Under the pieces are notes generated by a model, which was not told the origin of the DNA, searched no databases, and was given only the letters and a program-made list of their open reading frames with translations. The position numbers and the translations under genes are program-made. A stretch of DNA of 64,000 nt from a bacterium (GTDB taxonomy: Bacteria > Patescibacteriota > Patescibacteriia > UBA9934), in assembly GCA_043818555.1 (NCBI GenBank), contig JBDRFP010000002.1:16774-80773 (forward strand), in the 5' to 3' direction. Below, one piece after another: positions 46,644 to 56,828 of the stretch; the first letter of the stretch is position 1; each line of letters begins with the position of its first letter.

Positions 46644-47873
46644 TCATCCCTTGAAAACCAGGATGTAGTACAAGTTGTCGACAGGCATCTGGAAGTTTAC
46701 TTGCGCGCGGAGGTTGTGGACTGTGCCATCCGGCGTGGTGACAGAAACCACCTTGCGCCCAAAGTCGTAATACGGCACCAGAAGCACACCCTCAAACTGC
46801 ATCTTCCTTGCCGCCTGCTCAAACTCATCACTCGTGGCAAAGCTATGCGACTCCCAGCGTTTCAACTCCTTCATGTAGCCGTTTACGATCTTCCAGCAGG
46901 AACGAATCCACTTCGCAACCCTGAACCCGCGGTTGAACATGTTTCTTAGCGCCCCGATCACCTGATCGTCTGTACCATTAACAACCATCTCTGGCTGTAG
47001 CGCGCCAACAGTGAAGGCGAACTTGAGTACTTGGGCAAACGCCGCGTTGTAGATCTTGCCACGCAGGCTGCGGTAGAGCTGTTGATACATACACGCACGA
47101 ACGTCGAGCAAACGCTGAATCGGACCTGTATTTCGAACCGATACGGTACTGTCTCCCACGTAAGTGATTGGCTTGATTACTTGCCAAATAAAGTCATCCG
47201 ACAGATCAATATCAATCACCCTGCAGTCGATCTCCACATAGGAAAGCGTATCGGCAAGCGACTGCACCATTCCAAAAGGTCCGGTTTCAGCCATGACTGT
47301 CAAGACATCAGCAAGATCCACACCGCAAAGCTCTAAAACCCTGTGGATTTCCTCGTCGGTTTGCACAATCTTCAAGCCTCGCCTCTCATGGCCTGAATAT
47401 CCGCAAAGATTCACGAGCGCATTATCCGCATCGTGGCCAAAGGCGCTGTGACCAAAGTCGTGCAACAACCCAGCGAGCGCCAGATTGGCAATTAGCTTAA
47501 ACGGCAGCCCCCGATGCAGGCCGATGGCTATGTTGATCGCCGCGGTCAGCCGGCAGTGCTCCCAGCGCATTTGCGGCAAAGGCTCGCCAGGCTTGCGGTT
47601 GGACTTCAGCCCGAGTTGGCGGTTTACAGCCAGCCGTCTGGCCACCGTATGGTTCTCCAAGTCGAGAAAGCGATCCTCATACATGTCCATAAAGCCGTTG
47701 CCCCAGAACTGCAAGGAAAAGTGATGGTCATCATCCTCGGGCAGGATTCTCTTTACATGCTCGCGCACGCTCATTCTGCGCAGCGCCTCCACGGCTGCGT
47801 CAGCCTCTTCGGTTGGTGAAGGAGCCACTATTGCAGCTTGTGAAAATGCGGCAGCGCCGTCTTGAGGCGTCAT
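46644..47873 (-). CDS. HD-domain phosphohydrolase family protein (409 aa), high GC
   Basis: H...HD motif (WEHCRLTAAINIAIG ... LLHDFGHSAFGH). GC about 58%. Confidence 0.6.
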   Translation of the reverse strand: MTPQDGAAAFSQAAIVAPSPTEEADAAVEALRRMSVREHVKRILPEDDDHHFSLQFWGNGFMDMYEDRFLDLENHTVARRLAVNRQLGLKSNRKPGEPLPQMRWEHCRLTAAINIAIGLHRGLPFKLIANLALAGLLHDFGHSAFGHDADNALVNLCGYSGHERRGLKIVQTDEEIHRVLELCGVDLADVLTVMAETGPFGMVQSLADTLSYVEIDCRVIDIDLSDDFIWQVIKPITYVGDSTVSVRNTGPIQRLLDVRACMYQQLYRSLRGKIYNAAFAQVLKFAFTVGALQPEMVVNGTDDQVIGALRNMFNRGFRVAKWIRSCWKIVNGYMKELKRWESHSFATSDEFEQAARKMQFEGVLLVPYYDFGRKVVSVTTPDGTVHNLRAQVNFQMPVDNLYYILVFKG

Positions 47874-47987
47874 TTACTCTCCTCGTTGTTAGGGCTATGG
47901 TACATCCCCAGATTGTCCCCCGTGTGCCTAGTTTAAAAAATCGACCCATTTGGGTCAATGAAGGCTGTTGATAAGCTCGATTGGGTT

Positions 47988-48779
47988 TTAGGTGATAAAC
48001 ATAAATAATATCAACGCCAAAATGATTCTGTACGCAGCAAACCAGCGATAGTTGGCTTTTTCTATGAATCTAAACAGGAACCTTATCGATACTCCGCCGG
48101 CGATGAATGCGGCAATGAATCCAACTATCATCGAAGCCAGTGGGGTCTCAAGCCCGGTCTGCAGGGCATCATAACCGGTTAAAACTCCTGCGCCGGCAAT
48201 TGCGGGAATCGCAAGCAAAAACGAGAACTTGGCCGCGGTTTTACGATCAAGCCCTGCAAATAAACCTGCAGTAATCGTTAATCCCGAGCGCGAACTGCCC
48301 GGCAACAATGCAATAGCTTGAAACACTCCGATTACAACCGCCTGCCACCATTTCACTTTGCCGATCTTGTCGATTCTGTTTTTAATACTTTCCGAATACC
48401 AGTCCGCTGCCCAAAGAACCGCGCCCCAAAGTGCCAGATTAATAGCCACGAGCCTCACGGTACGGATCTGATCAAAATACGCTCCACTTATCGCCAAGCC
48501 AAAAATCACAACCGGCAGCGTGCCAACAACAATTTTCCAAAACAGCGTCTTGTCTCCTTTACGGCCAAACAGGTCTTTTCCAATCTTCAAAATGTCACCC
48601 CACATCACCCACAAAATCGCGAGCACGGTTGCAAGGTGGATCATTACGTCAAAATCAAGCGCATGAACATCCCAGCCAAAAAGCTCAGGGAAGAAAATTA
48701 AATGCCCTGAACTAGAAATCGGCAGGAATTCTGTGATTCCTTGAACTACGCCCAATATAATCGCCTCAATAATACTCAT
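47988..48779 (-). CDS. uppP: Undecaprenyl-diphosphatase
   Basis: 263 aa. N-terminal GITEFLPISSSGHLI signature and 7-8 TM helices. Confidence 0.88.
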   Translation of the reverse strand: MSIIEAIILGVVQGITEFLPISSSGHLIFFPELFGWDVHALDFDVMIHLATVLAILWVMWGDILKIGKDLFGRKGDKTLFWKIVVGTLPVVIFGLAISGAYFDQIRTVRLVAINLALWGAVLWAADWYSESIKNRIDKIGKVKWWQAVVIGVFQAIALLPGSSRSGLTITAGLFAGLDRKTAAKFSFLLAIPAIAGAGVLTGYDALQTGLETPLASMIVGFIAAFIAGGVSIRFLFRFIEKANYRWFAAYRIILALILFMFIT

Positions 48780-48871
48780 GCAAAAATTCTAAATTCGAAA
48801 TCCTAAATTCTAAATAAGCTCAAAATTATAAATTCGAATTTTGGATTTATTTAGAGTTTAGAGCTTTGGAT

Positions 48872-49528
48872 TTAGAGTTTCTCAGCAACCCAGTTCACTA
48901 CGTAGTCGAACAACTCAGGGTCGTTTTCAAACATAGTTGTACCATGGCCAATTCCTGACTTTTTAACCAGCTCGACCTGATCAGGCTTTAGCTCTCCGAG
49001 CTTCAATATTGACTTAAACGATGTTTCATCTTCCTCGCTTGCAACTAAAAGCACGCGCTGTTCGTCGGCAAGCTTACCGATCTTGTCATCAGTTGTAACT
49101 CCTCGATAATCTACCCCAGGCGAAAGCGCAACTGCGGCCGGCATTCTGGCCTCCACGGCCATCTGAATTGCTAAATTTGCTCCAATTGACGCCCCAACAA
49201 CTACCGTTTTTTCAACTACTGCTCCTCGACGTTTAAGCTCCTCCCACGCCGCGCGCGCATCCAAAATCTTCGCCTGCTGCTCGGCCTCAGTAAACTCCTT
49301 GTACCCGCCAGGACCACCTTCGCTGGCACCGTGCCCTCGCTCGTCAATAGCAATCGATGCCACTCCACGCCCTGCAAGCGCAGCGGCAAACCCAGCCCAG
49401 CTCTCCTTAGTGGCCGGCATCATATGCAAAAGGATCGCGTATTTTTCACCTTCAGCAGGGTAAAAATCAGCCGCGATCGTCTTGCCGTCTTTGGTTGTGA
49501 GTCTTATCTGCTCCATGCTAATCACCAA
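48872..49528 (-). CDS. Alpha/beta-hydrolase fold protein
   Basis: 218 aa. Nucleophile elbow GASIG and an HGxxM-type C-terminal motif. Confidence 0.6.
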   Translation of the reverse strand: MVISMEQIRLTTKDGKTIAADFYPAEGEKYAILLHMMPATKESWAGFAAALAGRGVASIAIDERGHGASEGGPGGYKEFTEAEQQAKILDARAAWEELKRRGAVVEKTVVVGASIGANLAIQMAVEARMPAAVALSPGVDYRGVTTDDKIGKLADEQRVLLVASEEDETSFKSILKLGELKPDQVELVKKSGIGHGTTMFENDPELFDYVVNWVAEKL

Positions 49529-51635
49529 AAGACAAAATTTCGTTCGGCCTCACGCTTTGCGCGCCGGTAATAGCCGACCCCCTGTCGTCAGTCCTTTCCC
49601 GATCACTGGCTCCACTAGCCCCACTAGCTCCTTTAGCTCCACTGGCTCCTCCCCGATCACTAGCCCCTTCACGATCGCCAGCAGATCTCTTTTTGTTTCT
49701 ATTCCTTCTTTTCCGCTTCCTCGGAACCTGCCGTTGATCATCCTGCCTACTCTCATCAGCTCGATCCCTAGCTCCTTCGCGATCACTAGCTCCTTCGCGA
49801 TCACTAGCTCCGCTAGCCCTGCTAGCCCTACTAGCTCCTTCGCGATCATTCTCTCCTTCTTCTACTTTCTTCTTCAACAAATCACCAGCCTTAATTTCCG
49901 GCTCCGTTTCCTCTTTTATCTCAACTATTTCACTTTCTTTCACCTCTTTCGCTTCTATCGCCTTTTTCGCCTCTGCCTCCTGACCTTTAGCCCTACTAGC
50001 CCAATTAGCCCCTCCCCGATCACCAAGCGCGCTCAACCCAATTTCCTCCCCAACCTTTTTCTCAATAACCTCGCCCTCCTCTACTTTTGGCGGCCTATCA
50101 ACAACTGTTTTCTCTTTACGGTCGTCAGGCTTCTGCTTCCTTCGATTTTTTGACTTCTCGCGCTCTTCTTTAATAATCGGTACACAATCTTCGCAATAAA
50201 TCGGCCGTTCGCGATCAAGCTGAACAGGCAACTTAAACACCTTACTGCAACGCGTGCAGGTGTACTCATGCGAAAATCGTTCCTGTTTTACAGCCTTTTT
50301 TAGATCTTTCGCAGCTTTCATTTCTTTTTCCAAATCAACATCATCTCCAAACCCGCTCCACTCTGCCACATGCTTTTCAATAGCGACCCGATCGCCGGCA
50401 AAGCGCTCGCGCGACTGGTCGATTACCTTTTGCTCGCTTCCAGTTCTGACAGCAATAGGATGCAGCGTTACGGCAGAAAACGGCTGGCTTGTGATTCCGT
50501 CGATCATCAACTTTACATAAACCTGAAACTTGGCAAGGTTGACCAAATCCTGCGGAATAAACCTTGGCATAAACTCATCCTCCATAAACTGAGCGTCAGG
50601 CGAGCCAACACGAAAACTGATCAGCGTACCAATGTTACCAAACACGGCATCGCGGACTTCTTCGCTGAGCTGAGCAATAAACTGGTGAGCCATCACAAGA
50701 TTCAAACGGTACTTTCGAGCCTCGCTCAAGATCGCAGCAAAAGATTCGTTTGCAAAGTTTTGAAATTCGTCAACATAAACATAAAAGTCCTGTCGTTCGC
50801 TTTCCGGCATGTCAACGCGCTCCATTGCAGCCATCTGAATTTTGGTGATTATCATTCCGCCGAGGAGCCGCATGGCATCTTCACCAATCCGGCCCTTGGA
50901 CAAGTTCACAATAAAAATCATCTGATCGTCCATTATTCTGCGCGGATTGATTGACGACTTTGCCTGGGCTACAATATTTCGAATAATAGATGCGGAAAGA
51001 AACTGACCGACCTTGTTTTGAATAGGCGCCACAGCTTCGGACGCAAATTTGCTCTGGTAGGACTCAAATTCTTTAATCCAGAACTGCTTAATTATCGGGT
51101 CCTTAACATTGCCGATTATAATTTTTCTGTAATCAGCGTCAGAAAGTAGCCTGTTGATTCCCAAAAGCGTACTGCCAGGCGTTTCAAGAAGAGCCAAAAT
51201 AGTATTATTCAAAATGTACTCCATTCGGGCACTCCAGACATTTTCCCAAATCTTTTTGAACACGCTCATCATTCCGGCTGCAACAAGATGGCGCTGAGTG
51301 TCGTCGACCGATTCGAGAATGTTAAAACCGACCGGATAATTCAAATCTGCCGGGTTAAAGTAGACAACATCGTTAATTCTCCAACTTGGGATGTAGTCAA
51401 GCAGGCGCTCAGCAGTGTCGCCATGCGGGTCAATGTAGCAGCAGCCGTGACCGGCATAAATGTCTGCAAGAATCATGTTTTCGAGCAGAGTCGTTTTTCC
51501 AACACCGGTTTTTCCAATTATATACATGTGCCGACGGCGGTCGTCGGTTTTAATCCCAAATTTCCGCATTTGATTGCGGAAGTTCGTCTTTGCAAAATAG
51601 ATGACGTCGTTTTCGTGATCGTGTTCGTATCTCAT
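49518..51635 (-). CDS. VirD4/TraG/TrwB-like P-loop ATPase (type IV coupling-protein-like / T4SS DNA-binding-domain family), 705 aa
   Basis: Walker A YIIGKTGVGKTT, DPHGD, Walker B-like ..VDEFQNF. C-terminal Cx2C...Cx2C zinc ribbon, then a highly charged tail with tandem repeats (REGASRASRASGASDREGASDREGARD; DNA about 49560-49860). Start set to ATG 51635. Confidence 0.75.
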   Translation of the reverse strand: MRYEHDHENDVIYFAKTNFRNQMRKFGIKTDDRRRHMYIIGKTGVGKTTLLENMILADIYAGHGCCYIDPHGDTAERLLDYIPSWRINDVVYFNPADLNYPVGFNILESVDDTQRHLVAAGMMSVFKKIWENVWSARMEYILNNTILALLETPGSTLLGINRLLSDADYRKIIIGNVKDPIIKQFWIKEFESYQSKFASEAVAPIQNKVGQFLSASIIRNIVAQAKSSINPRRIMDDQMIFIVNLSKGRIGEDAMRLLGGMIITKIQMAAMERVDMPESERQDFYVYVDEFQNFANESFAAILSEARKYRLNLVMAHQFIAQLSEEVRDAVFGNIGTLISFRVGSPDAQFMEDEFMPRFIPQDLVNLAKFQVYVKLMIDGITSQPFSAVTLHPIAVRTGSEQKVIDQSRERFAGDRVAIEKHVAEWSGFGDDVDLEKEMKAAKDLKKAVKQERFSHEYTCTRCSKVFKLPVQLDRERPIYCEDCVPIIKEEREKSKNRRKQKPDDRKEKTVVDRPPKVEEGEVIEKKVGEEIGLSALGDRGGANWASRAKGQEAEAKKAIEAKEVKESEIVEIKEETEPEIKAGDLLKKKVEEGENDREGASRASRASGASDREGASDREGARDRADESRQDDQRQVPRKRKRRNRNKKRSAGDREGASDRGGASGAKGASGASGASDRERTDDRGSAITGAQSVRPNEILSFGD

Positions 51636-51641
51636 ATTCGA

Positions 51642-51760
51642 TAATGACCAATGCCCAACTATCAATTCCCAATGAATCCCCAATCCCCCAATTCGATCTT
51701 CAATTGGTTATTGTGCATTGGATATTCATTGGTCATTGGGTTTTTGTGAATTGGTCATTT
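51642..51760. repeat. CCAAT-box-rich leader element copy B (TAATGACCAATG...CATTGGTCATTGG...GAATTGGTCATTT), between the 560-aa gene and the ATPase gene
   Basis: 43-nt block identical to copy A. Internal inverted repeats. Confidence 0.8.
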
Positions 51761-53441
51761 AAATTGGTAGATTCTCAGGTCCTGATTCTTGACCGATTGG
51801 TTCATCAGCTAAATCTAATCCCGGCGGCAACGGAGCCGGCATGCCAGCTTTTGGCATGTATTCGCCTTCTACGATTTGATTAACCCCCGCGTCATACGAT
51901 TCAACCTCCGCGCTTTTCGAAATAACCCCCTCATCTTTTGTCAAACCCCCTTCAACTCCTAAACTCGGCGTTGGCACAACAAGCGGTTTTGGCTCAGGGA
52001 GTTTTTTATGCACTGTAACGCCTGCGGCAGCCTGCACATCCGGCGATACACGGTCCAAATTCGGCAAGGTAGGATCGTCGGCCCCTGCAAATTCAAGCTC
52101 GCTAGGGGCTTCCGCGCGCCGCGCGCCAATACTTGTCAACACCGGCGTTCGAGCGTCAGCGGCCGGGAAGTGGAACAAAGTCGCAAGTTCCTCACAGTTC
52201 AAAATGTACGGTGTTGCGCCAGCGCCAAACGAACGATTCTTATATCGCTTAATCAGCCGGCGCTGTTTCATTGGCATCTGCCAGAGCATGTAAAAATAAT
52301 CATCCTTTGGAGTTGAAGGAATGTGCAAACCAAATTTATTCATTCCCAAGTGACCGTACTGGTGGAAAATACCTTTAATCATTGAAGCCGCGGTCCCCTT
52401 GCGGAAAACATCTTTTTTACCACAATAAACAACCCTGATCTTTGTGAGCCAGCCGATTGATCCAGTTTTCCGCGAAACCGAATCAATTAGTTCTTTTTCG
52501 TCAGGCGTAATCCTAAACATTGCCCAGTTATCTGCCGATTTTTCTTCTGCTGAGGCCGCGCCCATCCCAATTGCCTGGCTCAAGAGTTCCTGAGGCACCC
52601 AGCCGACAGCTTCTGCCAAAAAGCTCTTTTTCTTTAGCTCTTCCTTCCCAAACTTGCTATTAACAAACTTTTCGCCTTCTTTAATCCAACCCTGACTGTC
52701 CGGTTGCATAACCAAAAGCTGAATCCAAAAATGCTCACCGGGACGCATTTTCCCCAAAATCTCAATTACTCCAAGAAGCGGATCTTTAAACCGCTGATCT
52801 TTTTCGCCCTGATGTTCGAACAGATCCCAGGTTTTGATTGGAACATACTGTGGCTTCTTTAGCATCATCTCCGTACCAAAACAATCGTATTCCTCATGCG
52901 GGTAATCGTTAGGGATCAGATCAACATAGTCCTCCACTTCGAGCATCTGAGCTTCCGGATATTGGGCGTAGAGCGATGCCTCCAAGAGGTCGCGATACTT
53001 GTCGGTTGTTCGAATGTAGAATTTAATGTGCCCACCGTTGCTTACAATTTCAAAAGCAAAATATGATTGGAACTTTCCCCAAAACCACTTTTCCTTCCAT
53101 GTGATTGACGATTTTGATCCGGCAAGGTTGGTAAAAAAGTTCGCCATTCCCATTGGGGTTTGGATGGCGTCCTGCGGCACACTGATTTCGTACAGGGTCC
53201 ATTTAAACTTTTCCCAGTACTGAACCTGCTTGCGGAAAAGCCAAACTTCTGAGAAGCCCCAAATGGCCACAGCAAAAATCGGCACCCACCCAATTGCCAA
53301 AAGGATGTGCGCGCCCATTACCTCCACAGGCGTTGTGGCAAGGTACTGTTCGATTGCAGCCGGAAGAGCTATAAACACTCCGATCATAATGAGATTATTA
53401 TAGCATATTGCGAGAGTAGACAGTAGGGACGCTGTATGCAA
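51759..53441 (-). CDS. Membrane-anchored partner protein of the T4CP-like ATPase (560 aa), homologous to the N-terminal half of 26233..28764
   Basis: N-terminal TM helices and a conserved LYAQYPEAQMLEVEDY block. Precedes the ATPase gene on the same strand. Confidence 0.65.
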   Translation of the reverse strand: MHTASLLSTLAICYNNLIMIGVFIALPAAIEQYLATTPVEVMGAHILLAIGWVPIFAVAIWGFSEVWLFRKQVQYWEKFKWTLYEISVPQDAIQTPMGMANFFTNLAGSKSSITWKEKWFWGKFQSYFAFEIVSNGGHIKFYIRTTDKYRDLLEASLYAQYPEAQMLEVEDYVDLIPNDYPHEEYDCFGTEMMLKKPQYVPIKTWDLFEHQGEKDQRFKDPLLGVIEILGKMRPGEHFWIQLLVMQPDSQGWIKEGEKFVNSKFGKEELKKKSFLAEAVGWVPQELLSQAIGMGAASAEEKSADNWAMFRITPDEKELIDSVSRKTGSIGWLTKIRVVYCGKKDVFRKGTAASMIKGIFHQYGHLGMNKFGLHIPSTPKDDYFYMLWQMPMKQRRLIKRYKNRSFGAGATPYILNCEELATLFHFPAADARTPVLTSIGARRAEAPSELEFAGADDPTLPNLDRVSPDVQAAAGVTVHKKLPEPKPLVVPTPSLGVEGGLTKDEGVISKSAEVESYDAGVNQIVEGEYMPKAGMPAPLPPGLDLADEPIGQESGPENLPI

Positions 53442-53493
53442 TGTCCCTACGACAGAGGTTCGCAGTTGCCTGTTCGCGGTTCACAAAACAAAA

Positions 53494-53521
53494 CAAGAGC
53501 CTGGGCTCTTGCTTTTTTTTT
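53494..53521. terminator. Hairpin CAAGAGCC-TG-GGCTCTTG flanked by a T9 run (plus strand) and a T-rich tract (minus strand). Bidirectional terminator-like.
   Basis: 8-bp stem followed by T9. Confidence 0.5.
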
Positions 53522-53867
53522 ACGATGTTGCCAGTCCTACTTTTTGTTCAACTATGTTCAGCCGCTCCTCGAGACGATCTTGTCTGTGCCGCATCATTAG
53601 AAGTTCCTGATCCAGAGTCTCGTGCAGCTTACAAAAACGATCAAATTCGGTCAAAATCCTTGATTCTGTTTCCTTCAGCCTTGTGTCCACAAGGCCCTCT
53701 ACATCCTCATGCGACAATATTTTTGCCTCTATTGGTATCAATTTCTTATCCGCAACTTCTGCAACAATATTCTCAACATCCTCTCGCATGAGCATGTTCT
53801 GCTGGAGAAAGTCCAGAATCTCGCTTGTCGATACGTCGCCATTTGTCATAAATTGATTATACCACAA
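53520..53867 (-). CDS. Hypothetical coiled-coil protein (115 aa)
   Basis: Helical, charged ORF. No motif. Confidence 0.5.
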   Translation of the reverse strand: MWYNQFMTNGDVSTSEILDFLQQNMLMREDVENIVAEVADKKLIPIEAKILSHEDVEGLVDTRLKETESRILTEFDRFCKLHETLDQELLMMRHRQDRLEERLNIVEQKVGLATS

Positions 53868-53873
53868 ACCGAC

Positions 53874-56828
53874 TTATCGATGCCTTCGCTTCTCCCACGC
53901 CACCAATAACGGACTTGCGATAAAGATTGACGAGTACGCACCGGAAACAATTCCGACCATCAACGCCAGGATAAACTCGCGCGTGGTTTCTCCTCCGAAC
54001 AAGAATATTGCAAGCAGCACCAGCAATGTCGTCAGCGAGGTGTTAATTGACCGCGCAAAGCTCTGCATAACACTTTGGTTTACGATTTGACCAAACGAAG
54101 CGTCGCTATGGCGGTTACTGATCAAGTTTTCACGAGTACGATCGAATACAACAATAGTGTCGTTAATCGAGTACCCAAGAATTGTGAGCATGGCAGCTAC
54201 AAACGCCGTGTCAATTTGAAAGCCGTAAAAATATCCGAGGGCTGCGAAAAGTCCAAGCGGGATTATTACATCGTGCACTGCTGCAACGATCGTGAGAATT
54301 CCGTACTTCCAGGAAGCAATTGGTTTTGTGACTTTTCTGAACGCCCAAGCAACATAGAGAACAATCAGTACGAGCAAAAGTACCACTGCTGAAACTGACT
54401 TTTTCTTCAGCTCTTCGCCAATCACAGGCCCGACAGCGTCATAACGGAGCTCTTCAATTTCGCCGTAGCGTTCCCCAAGCCCTGCAATAACCGCATCGTG
54501 CTCTTCGGTTGTAAGAGGCGCGAAGCGAATAAGCATTTCGCTCTCGCCGCTGTCCTGAACTACTGCGTCAAATCCGATTTCTGCCAAAGCTATGCGAATT
54601 TCACCAGATGCCGCAGAAGTCTCCATTGTGATCTCCATCAAGCTACCGCCGGTAAAATCAATCCCCAAATTCAGGCCAAAAATCGCTATGCTCGCTATTG
54701 CAGCAACCAGCAGCACGGTAGAAATCCCGAGCCAGATTTTTGTTTTCCCAATTACGTTAAAATTTTTCATATATTTGCTGACTACTGAATACTGTCTACT
54801 TTTGCTTTTAGATCCCCCATACAACCACTTTGACTTCAAAATCTTCCCACCGCTTACCCAGTGTAAAAGCACGCGCGTGACCAAAATCGCAGTCAGCATG
54901 GACACCAAAATTCCAAGCGCCAGCGTAAGCGCAAAGCCTTTAATAAAGCTGGTGCTCATTGTAAACAGCACTGCTGCGGCGATTAGCGTTGTAATGTTGC
55001 CGTCTCGGATTGATGTCCAGGCCCGGCGGAATCCTTCGTCAATAGCTGTTGACAAGTCGCGACCACTTATTAATTCTTCCTTAAGCCGTTCAAAAATCAA
55101 CACATTGGCGTCCACTGCCATACCAAGCGAAAGGATAAATCCGGCGATTCCGGCAAGCGTAAGCGTAACGCCAAGCCATTTGTACAAGGCAAGGTTGACT
55201 GCGCCGTACACAACAAGGGCCAGCACTGCGAGCAATCCGGCCAATCGATAATATGCAATCATGAACAAAGCCACAAGCGCAAAGCCAATCAGGGCCGCAT
55301 TAATGCTTCTCTCTAGCGAAACCGCTCCAAGCGACGGGCCAACCGTCTGCTGGCTGAGAAGATCCACCGGAACCGGCAAGGCGCCCGCGTTCAGGCGCTG
55401 CGCAAGCAATTTTGCTTCTTCGAGCGTAAAGCTACCGGTAATCGTGGCATCGCCTCCGTAAATAACATTTTGAACAACTGGGGCTGAAATTGGATCTCCA
55501 TCCAGGAAAATTCCAATCACTTCGCCAATCTGCTCTTCGGTCAGAATCTGGAACAGATCACCGCCTTCATCGTTAAAGTCTAGCGTAACATAAGGTGCGC
55601 CCGTACTCTGATCAAAAGCGACTGCCGACCCCTGTACATGCTTTCCAGAAAGCCCTGTGTTTTCCCACATTGCGTCTTCCATCAGGTCACTGACTGTTGT
55701 CCAATCCATTTTAATGTGCGCGATCTCGTAAGTTGGCACAGCGCGGGAGTTGGTTCGATAGATTATATGATATCCAAACCTGGTCTCAACAACATCTGAA
55801 ATTGTGTTGTCTTCCATTGCAAACAGCGCGGTTTCAAAATCCTCAACCATCATCCCTTCACGCACCCATCCAAGCGACCCCTCGTCTTGCGCGCTTGGAC
55901 CCTCTGACTTTTCTACTGCAGTTTCGCCAAAAGTTGCAGCCGTTACTTCGCGCTGAATTTCCTCTGCAATCAGCTGGGCTTCAATTTTTGAGCGTTCAGA
56001 ATCACATCCGTCCGATTCGCTGTGGCAAATCAGGATGTGCGATGCTTCAACTTCGATGCGGTCCTGCTCGGAAATGTAATTTACAATGTGAAGTTCTGAT
56101 TCAGCTTCGTAAATTCCGTTAATCACGCCGGTTGGAATGTTTTCCGATCCAATCTGCTCAACTAGCTCGTCAAAAATGTAATTTTCAGAATCTACAAAAC
56201 CAATGTATCCGCCATTATTGTTGGTGGATGTTGCTGTTGAAAATTCTGCCGCAAGCGCTCCAAAATCCTCTCCCGCAAGCGCGCGATCCAGCACTGCAAG
56301 CGCGGCCGTGTATTCCTCAGCCTGAGCAGCTTCGACTTGTGCTTCCTGCTCTTCAGTCGCCTCAACCTCGTCAAGATTTGTTGGAATCTTAAACTCTAAA
56401 ATAGGCGTCTCACCGATTTCCGCAATCGCTTCGCTAATGTCAAACACGCCAGCAAGTTCAATAATTAGTCGGTAATGGCCGTCGGTGATTGTTGTCTGCA
56501 CCAAAGGCTCTGCAACGCCGAATGCGTTCACGCGTCGCTCAATAACATCACGGACTCCTTCCAAAGCACTGGCGCGGTCGTCAGCGTCGATGTTAGACAT
56601 GTCGGCTTCGTAAAGAAGGTGCGCGCCGCCCTGCAAGTCCAACCCAAGCCGAAAACCTTCATCGGAAAAATGCGGACCAAAGCCGATTTTGTCCATTGCG
56701 CTGTTCCACATGCCTGGAAATGCGGCTGATGCCGTAAGTACAAAAACCACTACGATTGCCAGAATCGTAGCATGTAAATTCCATCGCCTCCTGCCTTGTT
56801 TTCGTTCCATAGTATGTTCGTTAGCCAA
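53874..56828 (-). CDS. secDF: Protein translocase subunit SecDF (fused) with an inserted parvulin-type PPIase domain
   Basis: 984 aa. SecD head (LGLDLQGGAHLLYE), 12 TM helices, SecF-like C-terminal half (MLTILGYSINDTIVVFDRTREN). Periplasmic insertion carrying ASHILI...GSLGWVREGMMVEDFETALF...RFGYHIIY (PpiC/parvulin signature). Confidence 0.85.
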   Translation of the reverse strand: MANEHTMERKQGRRRWNLHATILAIVVVFVLTASAAFPGMWNSAMDKIGFGPHFSDEGFRLGLDLQGGAHLLYEADMSNIDADDRASALEGVRDVIERRVNAFGVAEPLVQTTITDGHYRLIIELAGVFDISEAIAEIGETPILEFKIPTNLDEVEATEEQEAQVEAAQAEEYTAALAVLDRALAGEDFGALAAEFSTATSTNNNGGYIGFVDSENYIFDELVEQIGSENIPTGVINGIYEAESELHIVNYISEQDRIEVEASHILICHSESDGCDSERSKIEAQLIAEEIQREVTAATFGETAVEKSEGPSAQDEGSLGWVREGMMVEDFETALFAMEDNTISDVVETRFGYHIIYRTNSRAVPTYEIAHIKMDWTTVSDLMEDAMWENTGLSGKHVQGSAVAFDQSTGAPYVTLDFNDEGGDLFQILTEEQIGEVIGIFLDGDPISAPVVQNVIYGGDATITGSFTLEEAKLLAQRLNAGALPVPVDLLSQQTVGPSLGAVSLERSINAALIGFALVALFMIAYYRLAGLLAVLALVVYGAVNLALYKWLGVTLTLAGIAGFILSLGMAVDANVLIFERLKEELISGRDLSTAIDEGFRRAWTSIRDGNITTLIAAAVLFTMSTSFIKGFALTLALGILVSMLTAILVTRVLLHWVSGGKILKSKWLYGGSKSKSRQYSVVSKYMKNFNVIGKTKIWLGISTVLLVAAIASIAIFGLNLGIDFTGGSLMEITMETSAASGEIRIALAEIGFDAVVQDSGESEMLIRFAPLTTEEHDAVIAGLGERYGEIEELRYDAVGPVIGEELKKKSVSAVVLLLVLIVLYVAWAFRKVTKPIASWKYGILTIVAAVHDVIIPLGLFAALGYFYGFQIDTAFVAAMLTILGYSINDTIVVFDRTRENLISNRHSDASFGQIVNQSVMQSFARSINTSLTTLLVLLAIFLFGGETTREFILALMVGIVSGAYSSIFIASPLLVAWEKRRHR

